Shown here piece by piece: positions 55,665 to 64,000 of a DNA stretch of 64,000 nucleotides. Source of the DNA: Candidatus Bathyarchaeota archaeon (GTDB lineage Archaea > Thermoproteota > Bathyarchaeia > Bathyarchaeales > Bathycorpusculaceae); assembly GCA_963815095.1 (NCBI GenBank), contig CAWFFH010000003.1, forward strand, positions 672,001-736,000, in the 5' to 3' direction. The notes beneath the pieces are model-generated. The model was not told the origin of the DNA, did no database searches, and saw nothing but the letters and a program-made list of their open reading frames with translations. Position numbers and translations under genes: made by a program. Position 1 is the stretch's first letter. Each line of letters begins with the position of its first letter.

Positions 55665-58462
55665 ATGACTAAAAAAACTCAATTATTAACGACAATTCTT
55701 TTGGCAATACTATTTATTTCTAGCACTTACGGAATACTAACACCTAGTACGCACGCAGCAGAAATAACAATACAACAAAAAGGAATAGCAATCACTAGTA
55801 ATGTAATTGGTCTTGACTTATCAAAGTATACGGTGACTACAAAGGAAATTAAGGCAGGTCAACAAGCCTCATACCTTGATATCATTCCTGAAGAGATAGT
55901 GGATTACTATCTAAACTCTAATAACAGCAATCTAAAGATATCTTATACTTTTGCAAACGGTAATTTGCAGTTAATGCAAGTACTCGAAAATGAAGGCACC
56001 CCAAATCTAGCAAAAACAGCGAATACTCTCAACACTGTTGAAATGGCAAAAAACTTCCTTAGTAACTATCAAGTATACACTTCAAACTCACTTTTCGGAG
56101 AACTAAAATCCACACTTGATAACATAGATTCCGGCAAAAACCTTACTAAAACTTCAGGAAACCTTGTACTCGAAACTAAAGTTTACTCTGGTTATGCCAA
56201 TTTCAAATGGTACTATACTGCAAACGGTGCTATATCGCCTTATTCCAAAGCAATAGCTCTTGGCTTCAAGGATGGTTTCTTAACTGCTTTCGTTAACAAC
56301 TGGCAGCTTTATAGCATCGGTAGCACAGGTGTAAACATTTCAGAAGACAAAGCGAAAACTATTGCATTGGAAACTGCGAAATTTCACTTTTGGGGAAAGC
56401 TAGAGCTAGATGCTTTAGACGCAAAGCATTTCAATGGATCAAACATAAAATGGGCGTCTTTGATTTTTGACGGTTCGCTAAATGCAAACAATACTCGTAG
56501 CGATGATCCATTAATGCTTTATCCTGTTTGCGTGTTGGCGTTGCGTTGAACAAATGGTATGATCAGATGTATGGTGTACAAGTTGATATCTGGGCAGATA
56601 CTGGAGAAATACGGAATATCCAGGAAGCATGGTCAACATTGCCTCCGCCAGAAGGAACACCTGTTGCAAATATGAGTGCAATTGGAGGACTGACCAGCCA
56701 TATTTCAAATGAAAAACTTGCAAACGTATCGAGCAATCAAACATTTGCAGTTACTGAGGGAAGACCGAACATCCTGACGGGTATTACACTTTTCACAGTT
56801 GCCCTCTCTGTAGGAGGAATCGTTCTGTTTGTAGTGGTTAGACAGAAGAAAGTGAGTACGTATGCTCTGAAATCGCGTTCACCTAAAATTGGCGGATTGC
56901 TGATCATAGTCTTGCTGTTAACAATTGCCTTGGCTCCTCTCGCAACTGTGGCTGCTACAACACGAGCTGGAGTAGTATGGGGCTCTGAAAGTACTGGTGC
57001 CGGATACTATCCCGATAGCTGGCGAAAATATTACGTTGAGGTCGATTGGCAACGAGAGGCTGGCAGCGTTATCGCATCTTACTTTAACGATGGTGGTTAT
57101 ACTGGTTACGATAATCAGGGAGATAACGGATATACATCGGAAAAACAGGATATACTGGATCAACTTAGCACTTTGCAGCAAAGTCACGATTATGTCGCAG
57201 CGGTTGTTTTTGACCATGGCAATTGGTTGGCTCCAGGTTATCCAACTCTTTTCACGCCTCCTGGTGAGCATCATTGGCTATTCGAAGATAACATAGGAAC
57301 CTATCATGATGGTGATTGGCATGCCGAAAATGCTGTTTATGACATGGAAATATATAGTTGTACTCAAGGCACCAAGATCAACTTTGCTTTCATTAACACA
57401 TGTGAATCAGCAAATATTGATGATCAGGCTTACATTGATTGGGATTGGCCACCGTACCCTGCAAGAGCACGAGGAATGCCGTTGGCTTGGACACATCACT
57501 TTGTAACTTCAGAGCCAGACTCAAATCCGCCTTCTGGTTACATAAGTCGCGATGGCTATAATAGCCCAGACACGGGTTCACAAGTTTACATAGGCTTCCC
57601 ATGGGGCTCAGCATCTCTAATGCAAGATATACCATATCAGTCTAGTACGCTTCCTTACTTTTACTGGGTTAACTGGTTCTTCTACAGGGCGTTAAACTAC
57701 GAAGACAATTCAGTAAAACAAGCCTTAGACAGCGCTTCATGGAATTTCTACTATAGCGACTTCGGAGACAGCCCACTTCACGATGGTTTCACAGCATATT
57801 GGTGGCCTAACATGACTGGAGAAGGCAGTACAATGGCAGTCTACGGCAACGCAAACATACACTTATATCAATACGAAACAGATTACGTCTCAAGACCCAC
57901 TCTTACCGGCCCTGCAACAGGCGACCCAACTGTGCAAAGTGACGATTTCAGTGCCACAGCAATAGATCCATCAGGTCATCAAATTAGATACATTTTCGAC
58001 TGGGGCGATTCCACAACTACTGAAACCGGGAATTATAATAGCGGCGACACTGCGTCAGCTTCTCACAATTGGGAAAACAGCGGAATATACAATGTCAAAG
58101 TTCAGGCAATATGTGAAAACGAAGTACATAGCAGTTGGTCGGCCACGCATGAAATAAACATTGGGAACGTAGTTATCTATCATTACCTAACGGTAGAAGC
58201 GTACAGTTCGACCATAGGCACAGGGTACCCACTCTATCCTGCTGTTTATGTCGACAATAATTATGTCGGAACTGCGCCAGTAACTGTTCCCGTACAACAA
58301 GGTTGGCATGACATTGAGGTCGATTATTGGGTGTGGAATCCGTATCTTAGCTGTGATACCTATTATGACCACCTCTCCTCCGATGATGGTCATAATGCCT
58401 ATGGTGGTTCATGGATACCGATTTACTATGACATGTATAGTCAAGCTTGGTATAACCCATAG
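55665..58462 (+). pseudogene. Large exported protein split by a 1-nt frameshift near 56530 (ORFs 55665-56549 and 56528-58462)
   Basis: Inserting one G in TATCCTGTTTG^CGTGTTGGC joins the ORFs as ...LMLYPVWRVGVALNKWY... Architecture: signal peptide, PepSY-like region, two TMs, His/Cys domain, PKD. May be a sequencing error in an intact gene. Confidence 0.7.
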
Positions 58463-58587
58463 CAAAGAGGACAATGATAAATCCGCTTGCCTTACTTCCC
58501 TTTTTTCTTTTTTAAATAGCTTGGAATCAAAGTAAAACGTGTTGATGGAGATTACTGTCCAAAATCATGCTTGTATTGGCGGGAGGC

Positions 58588-58632
58588 TTTAGTCAAGAAA
58601 TTTTGACTAAAAAATTAGCGTTAGTCAAGAAA
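58588..58632. promoter_or_regulatory. Palindromic operator-like site upstream of the Kelch gene
   Basis: TTTAGTCAA-gaaatt-TTGACTAAA (58588-58611), plus a second copy of the left half, TTAGTCAAGAAA (58621-58632). Confidence 0.55.
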
Positions 58633-58683
58633 CCTGAACAAAAATCCTTTTATTGCTGAGCATTTCAACGGGGTTGGATAACG

Positions 58684-60084
58684 ATGAGTAAAACTTTGGT
58701 CTTAATGATTATTCTGGTTTTTCTAATAGCATCATGCATAATTGTGGCTAATCCTGTTTCTGGAACTGTTATAACTGAGAATTCTTGGGTGCCGAAAGCA
58801 CCGATGCATGAGCCACGAAGCAGTTTAGGTGTAGCAGTGGTAAATAATAAAATATACGCTATCGGAGGCTCGTCAGAAAGAGGTATTCAACCTAATCCCA
58901 TTATAAGCGGAGGCATTACTAGTGATACCAATGAAGAGTATGATCCAGCAACAGATAAGTGGATTATAAAGGCATCAATGCCAACTCCACGAAATAGCTT
59001 TGCTATAGCCTCTTTTCAAAATAAGATTTATTGCATAGGTGGAAAAACTTCCGATGGTCACTATACTGGAGTAAACGAAGTCTATGACCCCTCAACTGAT
59101 ATTTGGGAAAACAAAACATCAATGCCTATAGCAAGGGGTGGGTTGCAAGCAAACGTTGTGAACGGAAAGGTCTATCTTATTGGCGGATACCCTAACGAAA
59201 CACTTAATGAGGTTTATGATCCAGCAACAGATACTTGGTCTACAAAGAAATCTATGCCAACTGGAGTGTATGGTGGTGCTTCCGCAGTTATTGACAACAA
59301 GATATACGTAATAGCGGGTTCACTAAACCAAATATATGATACTGAATCTGATAAGTGGACTACAGGAGCATCTTCTCCCTCGTATGTATATGGCTGGTCT
59401 GGGGGAGCTACCGGCGCCGCCACAACTGGCGCTTATGCTCCTAAACGAATCTACGTTATGAGTGCCGCATCAACTTCTAACCAACTTTATGATCCCAAGA
59501 CAGATACGTGGACGTTAGGGGCTGAGACATCAATAAAACGCGCTCATACAGGTATAGCAATCGTAAATGATACGTTGTATGTCATCGGTGGTGTCACTTA
59601 CTATTTCACTTATCCCGATGATGCAAATGGTGTAATAGCTACTGAGTATGCGACAAACGATCAATACATACCTGTTGGGTACGGTATGCCTTATCCATCT
59701 TACGTGCCGTTGACTGAAACAACGCCGCCTAAAATATCACTCCTATCTCCATTAAACCTAACGTATAACGAATCAATTGTTTCTTTAGTTTTCGTCGAGG
59801 ACAAGATGGTTAATTGGACTGGTTACAGCGTTGATGGAAAAAATAATGTTACATTCACCGGGAACATTACTTTGACAGGATTATCGAAAGGCTTACATAA
59901 CATAACTGTTTATGCGAAAGACACTTTTGGAAACACTGAAGCTTCAGAAGCTGTTTTTAACATTTACTATGACCCGTTTCCAACTGCACCTGTTGTTGCT
60001 GTTTCAGGGGTAACAGTTGTCGTTGTTCTGGCCTTAATTATAAATTATCGAAAGCGTAACCAAAGCCACAATTTTAGGGCATAG
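58684..60084 (+). CDS. Exported Kelch-repeat protein with Ig-like domain and C-terminal PFPT-TM anchor
   Basis: Signal peptide, about six Kelch repeats (KIYAIGG...YDPATDKW), PPKISLLSP...[11 protein letters not shown] Ig-like domain, then DPFPT, a hydrophobic helix and YRKR. Confidence 0.88.
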   Translation: MSKTLVLMIILVFLIASCIIVANPVSGTVITENSWVPKAPMHEPRSSLGVAVVNNKIYAIGGSSERGIQPNPIISGGITSDTNEEYDPATDKWIIKASMPTPRNSFAIASFQNKIYCIGGKTSDGHYTGVNEVYDPSTDIWENKTSMPIARGGLQANVVNGKVYLIGGYPNETLNEVYDPATDTWSTKKSMPTGVYGGASAVIDNKIYVIAGSLNQIYDTESDKWTTGASSPSYVYGWSGGATGAATTGAYAPKRIYVMSAASTSNQLYDPKTDTWTLGAETSIKRAHTGIAIVNDTLYVIGGVTYYFTYPDDANGVIATEYATNDQYIPVGYGMPYPSYVPLTETTPPKISLLSPLNLTYNESIVSLVFVEDKMVNWTGYSVDGKNNVTFTGNITLTGLSKGLHNITVYAKDTFGNTEASEAVFNIYYDPFPTAPVVAVSGVTVVVVLALIINYRKRNQSHNFRA

Positions 60085-61138
60085 TTTTTTCTGTATGATG
60101 ATTTTCCATTTTGTATTTTTGTTCTGGCTGGGCGATGGTGATTTTTGTTCCTGCAGCTACGGGCGCTGTTACCCAGACGTTTCCGCCGATGACTACGTTG
60201 TCGCCAATTACTGTTTCGGCTCCAAGCAATGTTGCGCCTGAATAGATGACGACGTTGTTTCCAACTGTTGGGTGGCGTTTTCTGCCCTTGATAATGTTGC
60301 CTTTTTCATCTTTTGGAAAACTCAGTGCCCCAAGCGTTACTCCTTGGTAGAGTTTGACGTTATCGCCGATTTCTGCGGTTTCTCCGATGACGACGCCTGT
60401 GCCGTGGTCGATGAAGAAGTTTTTGCCGATTTTGGCTCCTGGATGAATATCTATACCTGTTAGGGAATGCATGTGTTCGCTCATTATGCGGGGAATTAAG
60501 GGTACGCCGCTTAAGTAGAGTTCGTGGGCTATTCGGTAAGTGGTGATTGCCAAAACGCAGGGGTAGCTTAAGATTACTTCTTCTGTGCTTACTGCCGCTG
60601 GGTCTCCGCTGTAGGCAGCTTGGATGTCGCCGCTTAGCATTGCACGGATTTCTGGCAATTTCTCAAGTAGTTCCCTAACCACCACATGAGCTCGTTTTTG
60701 GCATATGTCTTGTGGGCATTCGCTGATTTTTCTGCAAATATATTTGAGGCTTCTTTCAACTTCATCCGTGAGCCGAGTGTAAACTGAAGTTAAGGTGGTT
60801 CCCAAATGATATTTTATGTTAGCTTTGGTGATTTCTGAATCGCCTAAATAGCCTGGGAAAAGAACCATGAATAAATCTTCTAAAACTTCGGTAACTACTA
60901 CTTTCGATGGCAGGTCCCGTCCTTCCAGATGATCCATGCCGCCGAACTTTACGTAACTATTCATTATTTCGTCTACCAGTTTTGGCACGCCAGTTTCAAC
61001 CCAGTCCCGTTCCACTTTGTCGTTGTTGCGCATGAGGGTGGCTAGCATTCTGTCTGGGTTCCAGCAGTCAAGTTCCCTGTTTTTTTCTTTGCATTCTTTG
61101 CAGTCTTTCGGTAGAGGTTGGTTTGGGTTTGTAGACAT
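60074..61138 (-). CDS. cysE: Serine O-acetyltransferase (long EpsC/CysE type)
   Basis: [30 protein letters not shown] and KRHPT. Probable start at 61138. Confidence 0.93.
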   Translation of the reverse strand: MSTNPNQPLPKDCKECKEKNRELDCWNPDRMLATLMRNNDKVERDWVETGVPKLVDEIMNSYVKFGGMDHLEGRDLPSKVVVTEVLEDLFMVLFPGYLGDSEITKANIKYHLGTTLTSVYTRLTDEVERSLKYICRKISECPQDICQKRAHVVVRELLEKLPEIRAMLSGDIQAAYSGDPAAVSTEEVILSYPCVLAITTYRIAHELYLSGVPLIPRIMSEHMHSLTGIDIHPGAKIGKNFFIDHGTGVVIGETAEIGDNVKLYQGVTLGALSFPKDEKGNIIKGRKRHPTVGNNVVIYSGATLLGAETVIGDNVVIGGNVWVTAPVAAGTKITIAQPEQKYKMENHHTEKTMP

Positions 61139-61201
61139 TTCTTTTCCCTTCCTCAATATGTGGAAAGGGGGAATATAAGAAAAGCGTCTTTTAGACGCAG
61201 T

Positions 61202-62149
61202 TTAGATGGTGGGGGCAGCGGGTGCTGGCTCTTGGAATAGCACAGTGCTTAGGTAGCGTTCGCCCGTATCTGGCAGAATAACAACAATGAGTTTTCCTTT
61301 GTTTTCGGCTCGTTTCGCAATATCTATAGCCGCATAGGCTGCCGCTCCTGAAGAAATCCCTACGAGTAAACCTTCTCTTTGTGCTAGTTGCCTTGCTATT
61401 TGCAGCGCCTGGTCGTCGGTAACTTTGAAGATTTCATCTACCAAGTCGAGTTTTAGGACGTCTGGTTTGAATCCTGCGCCTATGCCTTGGATTTTGTGGG
61501 GGCCTTTCTGTCCGCCGCTTAAGACTGGTGACCCTGCTGGCTCCACTGCTATTGCTTTGAAGCTTGGTTTTTGTGGTTTGATGTATTGGGCTATGCCTGT
61601 TACAGTTCCGCCTGTGCCTACACCTGCGACTACGATGTCTACTTTGCCGTCGGTGTCTTCCCAGATTTCTGGTCCCGTGGTTTCCCTGTGGACTTTGGGG
61701 TTGGCTAGGTTTTTGAATTGTTGGGGCATGAAGCTGTTGGGGGTGTTTGCGACGAGTTCTTCAGCTTTTTTGATGGCTCCGCCCATGCCGTCTGGTCCGG
61801 GTGTGAGGACAAGCTGTGCGCCGTATGCTTTTAGGAGGTTGCGGCGTTCTATGCTCATGGTTTCAGGCATGGTGAGTATGAGTTTGTAGCCTTTGACGGC
61901 TGCGACCATGGCTAAGCCGATTCCCGTGTTGCCACTAGTAGGCTCAATTAAGGTGGCGCCTGGTTTGATTATGCCCTGTTTCTCTGCTTCCGCTACCATG
62001 CTTTTGCAGATGCGGTCTTTGACGCTGCCGCCGGGGTTTCTAGCTTCCAATTTGGCCACTACGGTGGCGTTGGCGCCTTGGGTTAATTTGTTTAATTGTA
62101 CTAAGGGTGTTTTTCCTATTGTTTCTAGAACGTCTTTGTAGATTTTCAT
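61202..62149 (-). CDS. cysK: Cysteine synthase A (O-acetylserine sulfhydrylase)
   Basis: NPGGSVKDR (PLP Lys), [24 protein letters not shown] and [10 protein letters not shown]. Confidence 0.96.
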   Translation of the reverse strand: MKIYKDVLETIGKTPLVQLNKLTQGANATVVAKLEARNPGGSVKDRICKSMVAEAEKQGIIKPGATLIEPTSGNTGIGLAMVAAVKGYKLILTMPETMSIERRNLLKAYGAQLVLTPGPDGMGGAIKKAEELVANTPNSFMPQQFKNLANPKVHRETTGPEIWEDTDGKVDIVVAGVGTGGTVTGIAQYIKPQKPSFKAIAVEPAGSPVLSGGQKGPHKIQGIGAGFKPDVLKLDLVDEIFKVTDDQALQIARQLAQREGLLVGISSGAAAYAAIDIAKRAENKGKLIVVILPDTGERYLSTVLFQEPAPAAPTI

Positions 62150-62165
62150 TTTTAACACCTAAATT

Positions 62166-62196
62166 CTATAACGGTGTTATAGTTAGCGTGTTATAA
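62166..62196. promoter_or_regulatory. Palindrome upstream of cysK
   Basis: CTATAAC-ggt-GTTATAG (62166-62182) and a repeated half-site GTGTTATA at 62188-62195. Confidence 0.45.
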
Positions 62197-62322
62197 ACCT
62201 TACCACAGCCTAACAAACACAACACCATTAAAATCAATAATACAACTCAACCTAAAACAATTGCGCTCAAAGTAAGGTAAAGCCTTTAAATGTGCCCTGT
62301 TCCTATATTTCCGCAACACAGC

Positions 62323-62410
62323 GCGGAGGTCGCCCAGCATGGCCAAAGGCGTAGGACTGAGGCTCCTATCCCGCAGGGGTTCGTGGGTTCAAATCCCACC
62401 CTCCGCACCA
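62323..62410 (+). tRNA. tRNA-Leu(GAG), CCA encoded, no intron
   Basis: Acceptor GCGGAGG/CCTCCGC+A+CCA, anticodon arm TAGGA-CTGAGGC-TCCTA, long variable arm, T arm GTGGG-TTCAAAT-CCCAC. TTTAAA TATA-like box at 62285. Confidence 0.97.
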
Positions 62411-62556
62411 AACAAGAACCTGCCGAATTAACCTTTTCCAGCGACGCGGTGTATCCACACTTCTTACTCGGTGTTCTATCTTTTAGATGGTGTTTTTTTA
62501 GTGTTCTATAGAGTAGCACTAAATATGATGAGCATTTGTTAGCAGTAGGTGATTAG

Positions 62557-63066
62557 GTGGGCAATCTACAAACGGCAAAATTCAAGAAAAAGAAATACAT
62601 CGGCTTAGGCTTTCTGGTAGTATTTGTTTTACTCACAGTAGCAGTAGCACCCACGATACTTGCTTCTATATCCGATACATCGAAACAGACTTCAACAGAC
62701 AACAATGTCGATATTAGCGAAAAACATTTTCCGCTTGAAATAGATTTGAATAAAACCCATTATAATGTAGGCGAAAAAATAGCTTTAAACGCAACCATAA
62801 TTAACCAAAGTGGTAAAGACGTCAATATGCTTTCTAACGGGTACCAACCATGCGTGATTTTCCATAATATCAACGACAATAGAAACTTTGGCGAAACATC
62901 GGAAGGAGTCTACCAAGTTTTTAAGGCGAACGAAAAAATAACACGCGTTTACGAGTACCAAGCCAATGAGTCAGGCACATACATCTTGGATGTAAGCTAC
63001 CATATTTCCATCAATAACGTTTGGTTTTACAAACAAGTTGCAAACATTACAATTGAAATAAAATAA
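62557..63066 (+). CDS. Membrane-anchored or exported hypothetical protein with an Ig-like domain
   Basis: Lys-rich N-terminus plus hydrophobic helix, then LNKTHYNVGEKIALNATIIN...GTYIL beta-sandwich pattern. Confidence 0.72.
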   Translation: MGNLQTAKFKKKKYIGLGFLVVFVLLTVAVAPTILASISDTSKQTSTDNNVDISEKHFPLEIDLNKTHYNVGEKIALNATIINQSGKDVNMLSNGYQPCVIFHNINDNRNFGETSEGVYQVFKANEKITRVYEYQANESGTYILDVSYHISINNVWFYKQVANITIEIK

Positions 63067-63176
63067 CTGACAAGGTAGAAGCAATAGACCCTTTCCAGCG
63101 ATGTGATGTAAACCATCCTTGTCCCAAAATTTTATACACGTTAGAGCTTACCAATTTTTGTGTTTATTTCGACACG

Positions 63177-63998
63177 TTAAGTGGGATTCTTTTGAAGGGT
63201 ATTTTGTTGAGGGCTTGCATTTGCATTTAACCGTCTGGTTACTAATAAAACAACAATTAAGACTACCACAGCAATGATTAATCCTACAACAATGACAAGA
63301 GATAGAAATGAATCCGAGCCACCGCCTGAACCGACATTACTTGAAACGTAGTAAGCTAAAATCACGGTTTTACTTGAAGAAACAGGAGACAAATTATCCA
63401 CAGTTAAGATGTAAGTTCCATTTTTTGAAGCAACGAAATTCCAGCTTGAAGAAGTCACTTGGTTGTAGTGAATTAACGAGTTTCCATTTGGGTCAGTTAT
63501 TCTGAAGTTAATGTCTTTCATTTGATTGTCAGATGCTGAAATCTCTCCCGACAAAGTTTCGCCTCGATTAACTATTACATGTGCCGTTTGTGTTCCGAGT
63601 GCTGGAATGGTAAGGGTTTCAGTGCTTGTGCTAATTGTTTTATGGTGAGTTGCAAGTAAAAACTGAATAGTTACGTAACTTCGGTTGGTGTTATCCCACT
63701 GAGGTTGCGTTGTGAACCAAACATAAAAGTTCTCACTATCTTGTGTGAATCCGTCATTCATTGGTATTCTTCCATTGGTGGCCACAACAGGTTCTGTCCC
63801 TTCGAGAATTGCATTTTTAGGGATAGTCATGTTCACAAACGCTGTGGAACCGTTCAAGCCAGCTAAATCAAAATTTATGTTTGTGTTGTTATACCAGTCA
63901 GGTAAGTTCTCAAAAAAGAGGTCAGTAAATTGGCTTGCCGACACATTCCCCTGTATTGCCAGAGTTACATTTTTGCCATCTATACTGGTTGTTTGAAT
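63177..63998 (-). CDS. Surface protein C-terminal part (5'-partial) with GOLD-like domain and C-terminal TM
   Basis: The frame is open to the window edge. Contains DINFRITDPNG...GTYILTVDN and a TM followed by RR. Confidence 0.72.
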   Translation of the reverse strand: MQTTSIDGKNVTLAIQGNVSASQFTDLFFENLPDWYNNTNINFDLAGLNGSTAFVNMTIPKNAILEGTEPVVATNGRIPMNDGFTQDSENFYVWFTTQPQWDNTNRSYVTIQFLLATHHKTISTSTETLTIPALGTQTAHVIVNRGETLSGEISASDNQMKDINFRITDPNGNSLIHYNQVTSSSWNFVASKNGTYILTVDNLSPVSSSKTVILAYYVSSNVGSGGGSDSFLSLVIVVGLIIAVVVLIVVLLVTRRLNANASPQQNTLQKNPT

Positions 63999-64000
63999 AG

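Noticed and set aside
56515-56549. Programmed ribosomal frameshift or phase variation
   Set aside because: No slippery heptamer, homopolymer run or obvious downstream structure. A simple 1-nt loss explains it.
62286-62519. ORFs on both strands over the tRNA
   Set aside because: They overlap a canonical tRNA-Leu and are spurious.
62525-62556. ATGATGA as box C of a second C/D sRNA
   Set aside because: No CTGA D or D' boxes and no terminal stem follow. It lies in the promoter region of the next gene.
1-64000. CRISPR array, IS element, integrase or provirus
   Set aside because: No regularly spaced 24-40 nt repeats and no transposase, recombinase or capsid motifs were recognised by eye.
62370-64000. 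Duplicated tRNA 3' end (attR)
   Set aside because: No second copy is visible in the window. It could lie beyond position 64000.

Overview
This is an archaeal chromosomal segment. Gene content (PolD DP2, Gins23-MCM, Gins51-PriS, TFS, Trm112, an archaeosortase-like gene) and the style of the surface proteins point to a TACK archaeon, most likely class Bathyarchaeia (inference). About 1-55 kb is dense housekeeping: replication (DP2, PCNA, PriS/PriL, both GINS, MCM, RFC-S/L), transcription (Rpo4, Rpo11, Rpo12, TFS), translation and RNA modification (L10e, L21e, L44e, S27e, aIF5A, SRP54, Pus10, KsgA, Nop10, Dph2, TYW1, Trm5/Trm11/Mtq2/METTL5-like methyltransferases, Trm112), metabolism (GGGPS, NadK, PpsA, GDH, GuaA) and a nucleotide-sugar cluster. 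About 55-64 kb is accessory: PadR, exported proteins, cysK-cysE and tRNA-Leu(GAG). I found three features missing from the ORF track: Sec61beta, Nop10 and a well-formed box C/D guide sRNA between aIF5A and SRP54. Main leads: (1) aIF2-alpha is absent from its conserved S27e-Nop10 slot and replaced by an 18-codon scar; (2) the C/D sRNA has two guides that appear to target the 23S peptidyl-transferase region; (3) a frameshifted ~930-aa exported polyprotein links a PepSY-like region, a membrane hairpin with an internal signal peptide, and a clan-CD-like His/Cys protease with PKD; (4) an archaeosortase, Dol-P-Man synthase and GT-C set is interleaved with replication genes, with a candidate PFPT-TM substrate; (5) a probable nucleotide-sugar dehydrogenase pseudoenzyme; (6) a KsgA with a non-canonical catalytic motif. 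I saw no CRISPR array, transposase, integrase, rRNA or intein. All calls come from reading the sequence by eye; no searches were run.
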